Positions 1-9,445 of a stretch of DNA of 32,000 nt are shown piece after piece (position 1 is the stretch's first letter; each line of letters starts with the position of its first letter). Where the stretch lies: assembly GCA_963169695.1 (NCBI GenBank), contig CAUJDS010000062.1:75022-107021 (forward strand), read 5' to 3'. The notes under the pieces are model-generated. The model searched no databases. It was not told the DNA's origin and saw only the letters and a program-made list of their open reading frames with translations. The translations under genes were made by a program, and so were the position numbers. The DNA comes from Bdellovibrionota bacterium (GTDB taxonomy: Bacteria; Bdellovibrionota; UBA1018; CAUJDS01).

Positions 1-135
1 GACGAGGTCAATGTTCCAATCTGCCACTTTTGGCCCACGCTTCTTTAAACTGCGGGAATCTTTAGCCAATCGATTCAGCTTTTTTAACTGTAGCGCTAGG
101 TAGCGAGGGCTAACCTTTGGTTTGGATGATCGCAT
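1..135 (-). CDS. Partial ORF running off the left edge; N-terminal 45 aa MRSSKPKVSPRYLALQLKKLNRLAKDSRSLKKRGPKVADWNIDLV, function unknown
   Basis: Reverse complement of 1-135 is open from ATG (135-133) with an in-frame TAG 12 nt upstream. Too short for the supplied ORF track. Basic, hydrophilic peptide. Confidence 0.3.
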   Translation of the reverse strand, partial: MRSSKPKVSPRYLALQLKKLNRLAKDSRSLKKRGPKVADWNIDLV

Positions 136-157
136 CTTGGCATGCTATCACAACCCA

Positions 158-976
158 ATGGCTGATTCGATCCGTGACGTGCTTAAGACAGTCCAACAAC
201 TTCGTAGTCCTGAAGGTTGCCCTTGGGATCTCGCACAGACGCATCAGACGTTGCGACCTTATCTCATTGAAGAGGCTTATGAAGTACTTGACGTCTTAGA
301 CGAAGTTTCTCAATCAGATTCTCTAAAAGACCCCGACATCAAAGGGCGATTGATCGAAGAGCTTGGCGATTTACTTCTCCAAGTACTCCTTCATTCAGAA
401 ATAGCCGATCAAGAAGGCCACTTTAGTTTCGCGGAAGTTGCGAAAGTTCTGAACGAGAAATTGATTCGCCGACACCCGCATGTATTTGGCAATGAAACGG
501 CCTCGAATGCGGGAGACGCCTACAAAAAATGGGAAGAGTTAAAAGCTAAAGAGAAGGAAAGGAAGATCGGCAAGGAAGGTCTGCTTTCTGGTTTGCCTCG
601 GGCCCTGCCAGCTCTCCAAAAAGCGGGAAGGGTCATAGAAAAAGTTTCGCGCGTCGGCTTTCAGTGGAAGGACCTTGAAGGGCCTCTTCTGAAGGTTAAA
701 GAAGAGCTTCAAGAACTCGAGGAAGAAATCCAAGAGCCCTCTCCACAAAAGGAGAAGATCGAAGATGAAATGGGCGATCTTCTATTCAGTTTGTGCAATT
801 TGTCACACCACCTCAAAATTGAACCAGAAAATGCACTAAGAAGGACACTCGAAAAGTTTCGGATTCGTTTTTCGTACGTGGAAGAAGGACTTCGAAAGCG
901 AGGGAAGAATGCGGAAGAAAGTACGCTAGAAGAAATGGATGGCTTGTGGCAGGAAGCAAAAAAGAAGCTACGATAG
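158..976 (+). CDS. mazG: MazG-family nucleoside triphosphate pyrophosphohydrolase
   Basis: LRSPEGCPWDLAQTHQTLRPYLIEEAYEVLDVL and KWEELKAKEK...EDEMGDLLFSLCNL are typical of MazG. The ATG at 158 fits known MazG N-termini; the track start at 122 is a TTG. Confidence 0.92.
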   Translation: MADSIRDVLKTVQQLRSPEGCPWDLAQTHQTLRPYLIEEAYEVLDVLDEVSQSDSLKDPDIKGRLIEELGDLLLQVLLHSEIADQEGHFSFAEVAKVLNEKLIRRHPHVFGNETASNAGDAYKKWEELKAKEKERKIGKEGLLSGLPRALPALQKAGRVIEKVSRVGFQWKDLEGPLLKVKEELQELEEEIQEPSPQKEKIEDEMGDLLFSLCNLSHHLKIEPENALRRTLEKFRIRFSYVEEGLRKRGKNAEESTLEEMDGLWQEAKKKLR

Positions 977-1548
977 AATCGCAAGTCTGGGGACTCACTG
1001 GGGGAATCGCCTCTGGAAAAACGACCGTTGCTCAATGCCTTGAGTCCCTTGGTGGAAGCGTTATCTATGCCGATCGTATAGGCGCGGCACTTCGACAAAA
1101 AGGTGGCAGGGCTCATTCACTCTTAATTAGAAAATTTGGTACCGCAGATACCGAAGTCCTACGTGAGCGAACCTTTTCAGACCTCAACTTCAAAGCAGAA
1201 TTAGAAGGCTTGCTGCATCCATTGATTTTGGAAGAAAGCCTCTCTCAAATGAAGGAGGCGCTTCAAGGTGCCCAAGGTCCAGTATTCTACGAATCCCCAC
1301 TTCTCATAGAGAAGGGACGAGCCTCCCAGTTTCGTGGTCTCATCGTAGTACTTGCTTCCACGGAATTGCGACTCCAGCGACTCCTCACACGCTCTGGAAT
1401 GACCTCGGAACTTGCCCGGCGTATACTCCAAACTCAAGCAACCGATGCTGAGCGAAGAAAGCAAGGCACCTATATCTTAGAAAACCAGGGCAGCCTCCCC
1501 GACCTCCAGAAGGCCACTCAGGAACTGTATAAAAGCCTCAAGTATTAA
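946..1548 (+). CDS. coaE: Dephospho-CoA kinase
   Basis: WGLTGGIASGKTTVAQCLESLGG P-loop, VIYADRIG and VFYESPLLIEKG motifs. GTG start overlapping the mazG 3' end. Confidence 0.9.
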   Translation: MAGSKKEATIESQVWGLTGGIASGKTTVAQCLESLGGSVIYADRIGAALRQKGGRAHSLLIRKFGTADTEVLRERTFSDLNFKAELEGLLHPLILEESLSQMKEALQGAQGPVFYESPLLIEKGRASQFRGLIVVLASTELRLQRLLTRSGMTSELARRILQTQATDAERRKQGTYILENQGSLPDLQKATQELYKSLKY

Positions 1549-1634
1549 TAAATATTAACTATTTAGGAAAATGAAGATTCAAACAGCGGTTAACTATATG
1601 TATTTATTGAACTTAATTGGATATTTAGGCTTAT

Positions 1635-2114
1635 TTGCAATTAGACGCGCTGGGCCAGATAATGGAACTTGAGGTACGTTGCGTGTTTACTCCATCACCA
1701 GTCCCCAAGAAGCCACAAAAGAAGGCCCGCAAAGGTCACTCCTTCCATCTCAAGCGGGCTACCGGACAGCTGAGAACAGTGGACGGGCCGCTTGGCAGCA
1801 AGCCAATCACCGCCATGATTCGAGTGATGCTCAATGACTTTAAACCCTATGAAGTCGATTTCTTTTCTAACGTCAAGCTCCCCCAAGGAGAGATGGCCGC
1901 CTTAACAATGGAAGCGCCCGCGCGCTTTTTTCAGAAAGGTAAAGTCATGCGATGCGAGGAGGCTATCCCGTCGAGTAAGATTGTTACCGACACTGCCTTC
2001 AAATATCGACTGACCTTGAAGTTTCAATTTGAATCGCCCGAGCAAGAGTCCACCGTAAAGGCGTTTGTCATGGCGATCAGAAATGAACACCTAAAGGTTG
2101 ATGCAGCTGCTTAA
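1635..2114 (+). CDS. PilZ-like domain protein (possible start at ATG 1662)
   Basis: Short beta-rich protein with a basic N-terminal patch, YEVDFFSNVKLPQGEMAAL... and ...FKYRLTLKFQFESPEQESTVKAFV, resembling the PilZ fold. Next to the flagellar locus. Confidence 0.5.
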   Translation: MQLDALGQIMELEVRCVFTPSPVPKKPQKKARKGHSFHLKRATGQLRTVDGPLGSKPITAMIRVMLNDFKPYEVDFFSNVKLPQGEMAALTMEAPARFFQKGKVMRCEEAIPSSKIVTDTAFKYRLTLKFQFESPEQESTVKAFVMAIRNEHLKVDAAA

Positions 2115-3163
2115 CTCATGAGGGCAAGGAATTCGTCCCAGTGATTGCGAAGCTTCCCTTTGAGTCGAAGGACAGCCTGAGTATGAAGCTGACTAACTCG
2201 TGATTCAGTCACATCCAGAACTTTTCCGATTTCTTTGAGGTTCAAGTCTTCGTAATAATACAGAGATAAAACCAGACGCTGCTTTTCGGGGAGTTCCTTG
2301 ATTGCTTCGGCAATCATCCGCTTGAGCGATGCCAAATTGACTTCACTAAAAGGATTGGCAACACGTGGACTACCATCCATCATATTCTGAAGGCTTTTTT
2401 TGTCCGCCTTTGAAAAGCTGGTTAGGTCATCAAACGATAAAATAGAAACACTTCGAACTTGATTGAGAAGGTCATGGAACTCTTCTTTCGAAAGGTTTAG
2501 CTCGCTACAAATCTCATCATCCGATGCCTGACGCCCTTTGTCCTGCTCAATTTTTGCATAAGCTCTTTCCAACATCTTGGCCTTCTCACGAACAGAGCGA
2601 GGCACCCAATCCTGAGCACGCAGTTCGTCTAGTATCGCGCCACGAATTCGAAACTCAGCATAAGTCTTAAACTTATTGTCTCGACTGGAATCGTATTTAT
2701 CAATGGCATCCATTAATCCAATAACGCCGGAGCTAATAAGATCATCCAATTCAATATTTGCTGGCAATCTCGCCGCAATTCTCTGAGCGATGTATTTTAT
2801 CAAAGGAGCAAATTCAATAATAAGGCTTTCACGACCTGTATTTGCTGGTGAGCAATCATCTTTTACAAAAGAGCCAGTCGTGCGATCCCGCTCCATCTCT
2901 CTTCTGATTTCTGCCTGCAGCTCCTCTTCTTGGCGCTTTCGCTCCTCGAGCTCTTTCAATTCTTCAACTGCAGCTTCCATCTTTTCAGCTTTGGTCAGTT
3001 CTCGCTTTGGTCTAACTCTGGCTTTCGCAGTCGCAGGCTTGCTCACCCCACTTTTTGCAGCAGCCTTCACAGGAGGCTTGCTCAGCTTTTCTGGCTTCGT
3101 CGGAGTCGACTTCTTTGCTGGTTTACTGACTTTTGATCGAGATTCCTTCTCAGGCACTGCCAT
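2111..3163 (-). CDS. fliA: RNA polymerase sigma factor, FliA/sigma28-type, with an approximately 110-aa N-terminal extension
   Basis: LIIEFAPLIKYIAQRIAARLPANIELDDLISSGVIGLMDAIDKYD, TYAEFRIRGAILDELRAQDWVPRSVREKA, and region 4 LPEKQRLVLSLYYYEDLNLKEIGKVLDVTESRVSQLHTQAVLRLK. Confidence 0.93.
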   Translation of the reverse strand: MAVPEKESRSKVSKPAKKSTPTKPEKLSKPPVKAAAKSGVSKPATAKARVRPKRELTKAEKMEAAVEELKELEERKRQEEELQAEIRREMERDRTTGSFVKDDCSPANTGRESLIIEFAPLIKYIAQRIAARLPANIELDDLISSGVIGLMDAIDKYDSSRDNKFKTYAEFRIRGAILDELRAQDWVPRSVREKAKMLERAYAKIEQDKGRQASDDEICSELNLSKEEFHDLLNQVRSVSILSFDDLTSFSKADKKSLQNMMDGSPRVANPFSEVNLASLKRMIAEAIKELPEKQRLVLSLYYYEDLNLKEIGKVLDVTESRVSQLHTQAVLRLKGKLRNHWDEFLALMS

Positions 3164-3899
3164 AACTGAGCCCCACTTCCATCCTAGAATGCATCAATCT
3201 TTGATGCCAATCCACCATGCGTCTTGTCGCCAACTCGGCGCAAGCACCTGGTGAAAACCCATTCCTTAATTCTATCAGGTTTTTATTTCCTGCGATAACT
3301 TTGGAAACATTTTTTATTCGAGGAAACGCGCCTAAGTAATCAAACTCAAGTTGCGGAACCGCTCGCACTTCTCGCTGCAATAAATAGAATTGAGACCTCG
3401 CCTCTGTCTGAGATGCCACCTGATTGACGATAACTCCCACGCTGCTTCTTAGATCTAACTGCGGGACTTCATTCGTCAAAAATATGCCGTCCTCTAATAA
3501 ACTAAAGCGGTCCCCTGTCGTCACAAGAATTTGGCGATCCACACCAGTAATCGACCTTTTCGACTCGACCAGTATATTGTCATAGGTTGCGTGGGATTCG
3601 GCCCTACCAATCCAATCTGCCAAAGTGACCTGGCTCAATGCTCCGAGAAAAGGCGCTACACATAGACGATCGATCGATCCTTTGAGCATTCTAGGGATCG
3701 AAGCGTAGCCCATGGGATTTTGAACTTCCTCTACTACCAAAACACTCTTACCCTCAGAAACCAACTGCGCCGCAATTGCACTAATAATTAGGCTCTTACC
3801 CGCACCTGGTCGACTACTCAAAAAGGAGGTCGTACGACCCAAAATCGCCACATTGGAGTGTTCGGCCACCATTTTTCTTAGCTTCTCGGCTTGATCCAT
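3150..3899 (-). CDS. flhG: FlhG/FleN-like MinD-family protein with degenerate ATPase motifs (track start GTG 3902)
   Basis: N-terminal DQAEKLRKM helix, GxGKS P-loop in RPGAGKS, position directly after flhF. ATG overlaps the flhF stop (TGATG). Confidence 0.75.
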   Translation of the reverse strand: MDQAEKLRKMVAEHSNVAILGRTTSFLSSRPGAGKSLIISAIAAQLVSEGKSVLVVEEVQNPMGYASIPRMLKGSIDRLCVAPFLGALSQVTLADWIGRAESHATYDNILVESKRSITGVDRQILVTTGDRFSLLEDGIFLTNEVPQLDLRSSVGVIVNQVASQTEARSQFYLLQREVRAVPQLEFDYLGAFPRIKNVSKVIAGNKNLIELRNGFSPGACAELATRRMVDWHQRLMHSRMEVGLSYGSA

Positions 3900-5182
3900 C
3901 ACAAGTCCATCAAGAGTGAAGCAACGCGCTCAGCGGTTACCGGCTCGATATCATCGGGAACATTTTGACCGGTTGTAAAATAAGCTAAGGGTAACTTTGC
4001 CCGATGAGACAAATTGTAAACTGATCCATAGGTCACGGCCTCATCGAGCTTTGAGAAAATAAGCGCGGTGGGATGAAAAAGCGAGTAGCGGTTCACAACA
4101 TCCATCATTTCCCGATCCCGCGTAGTAGCCGAAACGACCAAAAAGCTTCGTAAGTCTGGAATGTTTTCCAAAAGCGCTGCTTGTTCATCTAGGGCTTCCA
4201 CATCCCTCTGTGACCGACCAATCGTATCTATAATAACTAGGTCGTAAGAGGCAAAGTCCTTGATCGCTGCATCCAGCTGCTCTCTGCTTTGTACTTGCTT
4301 GACCGGAACCTTAAGGATTTTAGCGTAAGTCATGAGTTGATCCACAGCACCCACTCGAAAGAAGTCTAAGTTGATCAGGCCGACTTTCATTCCACGCTTC
4401 AAGGCGGATTCACTTGCGATCTTTGCAACAGTGGTCGTTTTCCCCACGCCGGTAGCTCCAATAAAAGCCATAATCTTCGGGCCGGTACCTCGCTTTGCTT
4501 CCAAAGGGTCGATGACTTCCGTGCTCTCCATTATCGTCAAAGCCACCTGATCAGTGGTGTCATCCACACTCTTCAGCCCTTCTGCATCTAAATCAAAAGC
4601 CACTTTCTTACATACTTCATAGGCAAAGCGAGTTTCTAGGCCATTCAAAATCAGTTGCTCAAATCGATCCTTTAGAATTTCTGAGGAGAAAAGCCCTAAA
4701 TCAGCCCGCGCCACTTGAGCGCCAGAGCTTCGAGCCTCTACGGCCTCTTTTTCTAATCTTCCAACTTTTTCCTGCAAGTCTTTCACCAGTGCCAAAACTT
4801 GGTGGTCTGCAGGTGCCGGTCTTGCATCTTTCACCTCAACATACGGAATCCGAGATACCGATGGATACTGCCCCTTTGGCTGCTTGGCAGGAACTTCATC
4901 TCTAGGACCGGCATACCGATCGTAAACGGCGTTGATCGCCTTTGCAGGCATTTGATAGAGCTGATCTTTGGCTTCCTCTGGAATTCGCTTTTCATAGGCC
5001 GTCTTCTTACTCAACTCTTTATCAGGCACAGCAGCTGTCACTTCAAAGGATCCCCCAGACATAAGCCCGAATCCTTTTTTATTTTTCTTCGTCTGAAGGA
5101 TGATCGCCTGCGGTCCTAATTCCCGCTTAATGGTATCTAGGGCCTCCTGAATGGTCGGTGCTTCAAATTTTTTAATATGCAT
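3899..5182 (-). CDS. flhF: Flagellar SRP-like GTPase FlhF
   Basis: MHIKKFEAPTIQEALDTIKRELGPQAIILQTKK N-terminus; GATGVGKTTTVAKIA, LINLDFFRVGAVDQL, YDLVIIDTIGR, FSKLDEA NG-domain motifs. Confidence 0.95.
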   Translation of the reverse strand: MHIKKFEAPTIQEALDTIKRELGPQAIILQTKKNKKGFGLMSGGSFEVTAAVPDKELSKKTAYEKRIPEEAKDQLYQMPAKAINAVYDRYAGPRDEVPAKQPKGQYPSVSRIPYVEVKDARPAPADHQVLALVKDLQEKVGRLEKEAVEARSSGAQVARADLGLFSSEILKDRFEQLILNGLETRFAYEVCKKVAFDLDAEGLKSVDDTTDQVALTIMESTEVIDPLEAKRGTGPKIMAFIGATGVGKTTTVAKIASESALKRGMKVGLINLDFFRVGAVDQLMTYAKILKVPVKQVQSREQLDAAIKDFASYDLVIIDTIGRSQRDVEALDEQAALLENIPDLRSFLVVSATTRDREMMDVVNRYSLFHPTALIFSKLDEAVTYGSVYNLSHRAKLPLAYFTTGQNVPDDIEPVTAERVASLLMDL

Positions 5183-7253
5183 GACTAATCCTCACGGTAT
5201 CAAGTGCCCGAATGTTTACGTTCGACGTTATTTCATTATGAGAAAGAATGACGATGTTTGGAATAAACCGATCCACAAGTGTTTTGAGGTGGAATCTAAT
5301 CATCGGAGAGCAAAGCACAATTGCCTGGGCTGACTCTTGCGCCATTTGGGATACTTTTTGATTCAACTCTCCAATAAACTTCCGAACAAATTCGGGATCT
5401 AATGAGAGCTGAGGGCCGTGCTCGGTTTGAATGATTCCACTTGCTACTGTTTCCTCAATATCCTTCTCTAGGGTAAGAAGCGTCAAGTTGCCATCGCCGC
5501 CTACCAGCTTTTTGGTGATAGTGCGTGCAAGGTTGGTTCGAACGAATTCGGTCAATAGAACCGGATCCTTTGAGGTCGAGGCATATTCGCCAAGGGCCTC
5601 TAAGATACTCTTGAGATCGCGGATAGAGACCGCCTCTTTCAGAAGATTCTTTAGCACCTTCAGCACAGTCCCGACAGGAAGAAGGTTTGGAATGAGGTCC
5701 TCAATAACCTTGGGCGCCGTCTCTTTAAGTTGGTCCAACAATACTTGCAACTCTTGCCGGCCAAACAACTCATGTCCATGCTGACGAACAAGTTCAGTGA
5801 GATGGGTGGCAACAACTGTGGAGAGATCCACTACCGTGTATCCAGCGAAGGTAGCTTCTTCCTTTTGATGCTCGCTAATCCAAATGGCATCAAGGCCAAA
5901 GGCAGGTTCTTTCGTTTTAATTCCAGCAATACGCTTCGTCGTATTTCCAGGGTCCATCGCTAAAAGATGGGCGACCATGAGAGATCCCGAACCAATAGCA
6001 ACCCCCTTGAGAAGCACTTGGTAGTCGCCTGGCTTTAATTCGAGATTGTCTCGAATTCTCAGTGGCGGTACGATAATGCCAAGATCCAGAGCAAACTGCT
6101 TTCGAATATTCGATATACGTTCAAGAAGATCGCCTTTCTGTTCGACGTCGACAATATTAATGAGCCCATAACCCACTTCGAGTTCTAGGAGATCCACACC
6201 CAATAGGCTCTCGAGTTTTTCTGGTTTCGGCTTAAGCTTCTCTCTTTCCTTCTCAGCATTATCTTTCTTTTCTTCCTGGGAACGCTTCGAATAAATCTGA
6301 TACCCAATGTAACCCAGACCGCTTCCTAAAACAGCAAAGGGTAAAAATGGTAGACCTGGAACAAGTCCAAGAAAAGACATCACGCCGGAAGCCGCAAACA
6401 TCGATCGGTGATTGGAGAACAACTGTCGGCCCATCTCACTACCCAAGTGTGATCCACCGCCGGATCGAGTAACCACGATACCTGCTGCTGTCGAAATAAT
6501 AAGTGCTGGAATCTGAGTCAAAAGACCTTCACCGATAGTGAGCAAGGTAAAGGTCTTGGCCGCGTCTCCTATAGACATCCCTCTTTGAAGGGTTCCGATA
6601 ATAATGCCGCCGAAGATATTGACCCCGACAATAAGCATCCCCGCAATGGCATCTCCTCGCACAAATTTCGAGGCACCGTCCATCGCCCCGTAGAAATCGG
6701 CTTCCTGGGATATTTCTTCGCGCCGTCGGCGGGATTCTTTCTCGTCGATAACTCCCGCATTGAGGTCAGCATCGATAGCCATTTGCTTACCTGGCATAGC
6801 ATCCAAGGTAAACCTAGCTGCCACTTCAGCGACACGACCCGCACCCTTGGTTATAACAACAAAGTTGATGATCACCAGTATCGTGAAGATCACAATACCT
6901 ACCGCGTAGTTGCCACCAACCACAAATTGACCAAAAGAGTGAATCAGTTGGCCTGCCGCCTCGGGACCATTGGGACCGCCGCGAAGTAGAATCGCGCGGG
7001 TCGTGGCAACGTTGACCGACAAACGAAACAAGGTCGTTACCAAAAGCAAGGTAGGAAAGAGACTAAAGTCTAATACTTTTGTTGTGTAGACTGAGGTGAG
7101 CAAAAGCACGACAGAAGTTGCAATTCCAAGGGCCAACAGTATATCGATTACAAAAGGTGACAGCGGAACGACCATTACGGCCAGCGTGCCAACAAGGCAT
7201 GCGGCCAAAAGCAAATCTGAATGTTTACTCAGACGACTCGTTAAGTTTGCCAT
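5172..7253 (-). CDS. flhA: Flagellar biosynthesis / type III export protein FlhA
   Basis: Multiple TM helices, FTLDAMPGKQMAIDADLNAG, RRRREEISQEADFYGAMDGASKFVRGDAIAG, and the FlhA C-terminal domain. Confidence 0.98.
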   Translation of the reverse strand: MANLTSRLSKHSDLLLAACLVGTLAVMVVPLSPFVIDILLALGIATSVVLLLTSVYTTKVLDFSLFPTLLLVTTLFRLSVNVATTRAILLRGGPNGPEAAGQLIHSFGQFVVGGNYAVGIVIFTILVIINFVVITKGAGRVAEVAARFTLDAMPGKQMAIDADLNAGVIDEKESRRRREEISQEADFYGAMDGASKFVRGDAIAGMLIVGVNIFGGIIIGTLQRGMSIGDAAKTFTLLTIGEGLLTQIPALIISTAAGIVVTRSGGGSHLGSEMGRQLFSNHRSMFAASGVMSFLGLVPGLPFLPFAVLGSGLGYIGYQIYSKRSQEEKKDNAEKEREKLKPKPEKLESLLGVDLLELEVGYGLINIVDVEQKGDLLERISNIRKQFALDLGIIVPPLRIRDNLELKPGDYQVLLKGVAIGSGSLMVAHLLAMDPGNTTKRIAGIKTKEPAFGLDAIWISEHQKEEATFAGYTVVDLSTVVATHLTELVRQHGHELFGRQELQVLLDQLKETAPKVIEDLIPNLLPVGTVLKVLKNLLKEAVSIRDLKSILEALGEYASTSKDPVLLTEFVRTNLARTITKKLVGGDGNLTLLTLEKDIEETVASGIIQTEHGPQLSLDPEFVRKFIGELNQKVSQMAQESAQAIVLCSPMIRFHLKTLVDRFIPNIVILSHNEITSNVNIRALDTVRISHAY

Positions 7254-8335
7254 GGATTCTTCCTCAATTTAAAGACGTAAGCTAGCACTTCAGCAACAGC
7301 CTGATAAAGAGCGCGAGGTATGGTTTTTCCAATTTTCACAGTCTTATAGAGCGTCCGCGCCAGCGGGACATTTTCGACCAATGGGATATTGTTATCAAAG
7401 GCGACCTGCTTGATTTTCTGCGCGAGGAAGTCTGCCCCCTTTGCCACCACTCTAGGCGCATCCATTTTTTCCCGATCGTAAACAATCGCCACGGCGATGT
7501 GGGTAGGATTCGTAATTACCACGTTGGCTTTTTTGACATCTTCCAACATTCGCTTGCGGGCCATTTCTTTCTGAACGGACCTAATACGAGCACGAATCAA
7601 GGGGTCCCCTTCGTGCTCTTTGTGCTCTTCTTTGGCTTCTTGCTTGGTTACTCGCGTGTTCTTAGAATACTCCCAGCGCTGCAACCAAAAATCTAATCCC
7701 GAAAAGACCAGGAGCGCACCACATAGAGCCATAAACATCGATTTACTATTTGCCCAAAGAGTTGCTGATAGATTTTCGGGATCCATGAAAACATGCATGC
7801 CACTATTCATTACGATGGGTTTGACCATGACATAGGCAACGAAGCCAACAACGAGGGCCTTGATGAGCATCCGACCGCTTTCAATGACCTGCCGAAAGGA
7901 CAAATAGCGCTGCAGTCCTGAGAGGGGGTTAACTCGATCAAAGTCAGGCTCAAGGGGGGTTGTCGAAAAAATGGATCCAATTTGTGCGAAGCTTGAAATG
8001 ACGCCGAAAACGAGGGCGCTGAGTGCGACTGGAAGGGCAAGCTTTGCCAAAATTCCTAGCGCTCGAAAAAGTGCATCGCTCAGCGTATCTTCCTTGCCGA
8101 AATCTAAATGAGCCGATTGGTCAGTTCTAAAAGCATCCTGCATAAGCGATAGCATATCCGGAGCATAGGCCTTTATAACTACCATCAAGGCAATTCCTGC
8201 TGCAATAAGACCCACCAATGAGTTGAGCTCGCGGCTTTGCGCAACTTTTCCTTGCTCGCGTAACTTCTCGAGTCGATAGGGCGACGCTTCGTCGGATAAG
8301 TCATCCCTATCTCGATTTTTTTCGCCTTCAGCCAC
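7241..8335 (-). CDS. flhB: Flagellar export switch protein FlhB
   Basis: KTEEPSPYRLEKLREQGKVAQSREL-like start (SPYRLEKLREQGKVAQSREL) and the autocleavage motif NPTH in VVITNPTHIAVAI. GTG start. Confidence 0.97.
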   Translation of the reverse strand: MAEGEKNRDRDDLSDEASPYRLEKLREQGKVAQSRELNSLVGLIAAGIALMVVIKAYAPDMLSLMQDAFRTDQSAHLDFGKEDTLSDALFRALGILAKLALPVALSALVFGVISSFAQIGSIFSTTPLEPDFDRVNPLSGLQRYLSFRQVIESGRMLIKALVVGFVAYVMVKPIVMNSGMHVFMDPENLSATLWANSKSMFMALCGALLVFSGLDFWLQRWEYSKNTRVTKQEAKEEHKEHEGDPLIRARIRSVQKEMARKRMLEDVKKANVVITNPTHIAVAIVYDREKMDAPRVVAKGADFLAQKIKQVAFDNNIPLVENVPLARTLYKTVKIGKTIPRALYQAVAEVLAYVFKLRKNPWQT

Positions 8336-8358
8336 AGCTCAATTCCCCCAAAGAATAT

Positions 8359-9168
8359 CTACGGCCCCTTCATGGTCCGCATCACAGACCCCATTTCTTC
8401 TCCGATTCGTCCAAGCGCCTCAGAAGTCGCTCCATAAAATTCTGGCAAACCTGTCAATAAAACTATGAATCCCACAAGGGCACTGATCGACAAAGAAAGA
8501 ACTAAGATATTCATCTGCGGAAGAGCTTTAGAAAAAACCCCATAGATAACGTTTACGACGAAGAGAGAAATGGCCATTGGTGCTGATAACTGGAGCCCAA
8601 GGCGAATCATCTCACCCGAAAAATGCATAAGCTTCTCGACAAAGGCGCCGCCGATCGTAACGTGTCCAAGGCCGACCATTTCATAACTACGAATAACGGC
8701 CTTCAACATCTGATGGTGGCCATCTATTGTTATGAAGAGCAATAGCGTCAGTGTGGTCAGTAGCCTTGCGACAAGCTGTGAGGAGCTTTCTTGCTGAGGG
8801 TCATATTGGCTAGCGGCCGAAAACCCCATGAAAGTACCCATTAACTCACCCGTAATCTGAAAGGCTGAGAATAACATTCGAACAAAAAGGCCGAGCGCAG
8901 CGCCAAACACAGCTTCCATACCAATAGTAGATATGAGGCTACCTGCTGTTGCCGACCACTTTTCTGCATCCTGTGGCACAACAATCTGATCAGCCACGAG
9001 TACAGGAAATACCGCTATCGTTACCGCCAGCGGCAACAGAATCTTCACTGGAGATGGAATCGCGTTATCTCCAAAGATGGGCAGAATGACCATAACCACA
9101 CTAAGACGCACAAGTACGGCAAAAAAAGTCATGATTTCGAATGCGTTAAACTCAAAAACTCCGGTCAC
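8359..9168 (-). CDS. fliR: Flagellar export membrane protein FliR
   Basis: Polytopic protein with GELMGTFMGFSAASQYDPQ and MNILVLSLSISALVGFIVL. Located between fliQ and flhB. GTG start overlaps the fliQ stop. Confidence 0.94.
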   Translation of the reverse strand: MTGVFEFNAFEIMTFFAVLVRLSVVMVILPIFGDNAIPSPVKILLPLAVTIAVFPVLVADQIVVPQDAEKWSATAGSLISTIGMEAVFGAALGLFVRMLFSAFQITGELMGTFMGFSAASQYDPQQESSSQLVARLLTTLTLLLFITIDGHHQMLKAVIRSYEMVGLGHVTIGGAFVEKLMHFSGEMIRLGLQLSAPMAISLFVVNVIYGVFSKALPQMNILVLSLSISALVGFIVLLTGLPEFYGATSEALGRIGEEMGSVMRTMKGP

Positions 9169-9434
9169 CTAATCCAATCTCCCATATTCCCAAATATCCC
9201 TATGGCGTACTCTTCTAGCGTATGAAGCATCCAAGGGGCCATTACGATGAGCACTACAATGACAGCAACCATTTTTGGAATGAAGGTCAGTGTTGCCTCA
9301 TTGATCTGGGTAATTGCCTGAATGATACTGATAACGATACCAATAAGCATAGCAGTAATGAGCAATGGGCCGGCAAGGTATATAATTGTCTTTATTGCTT
9401 CACCGCCAATATCTAAGACCATTTGCTCATTCAT
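9165..9434 (-). CDS. fliQ: Flagellar export membrane protein FliQ
   Basis: 89 aa with two TM helices and IVISIIQAITQINEATLTFIPKM. Confidence 0.96.
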   Translation of the reverse strand: MNEQMVLDIGGEAIKTIIYLAGPLLITAMLIGIVISIIQAITQINEATLTFIPKMVAVIVVLIVMAPWMLHTLEEYAIGIFGNMGDWIR

Positions 9435-9445
9435 TTAAAAATCCT

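Noticed and set aside
1571-1673. Short hydrophobic ORF MKIQTAVNYMYLLNLIGYLGLFAIRRAGPDNGT between coaE and the PilZ-like gene
   Set aside because: AGGAAA touches the ATG with no proper spacing, and the ORF runs out of frame into the PilZ-like gene. A leader peptide is possible but unsupported.
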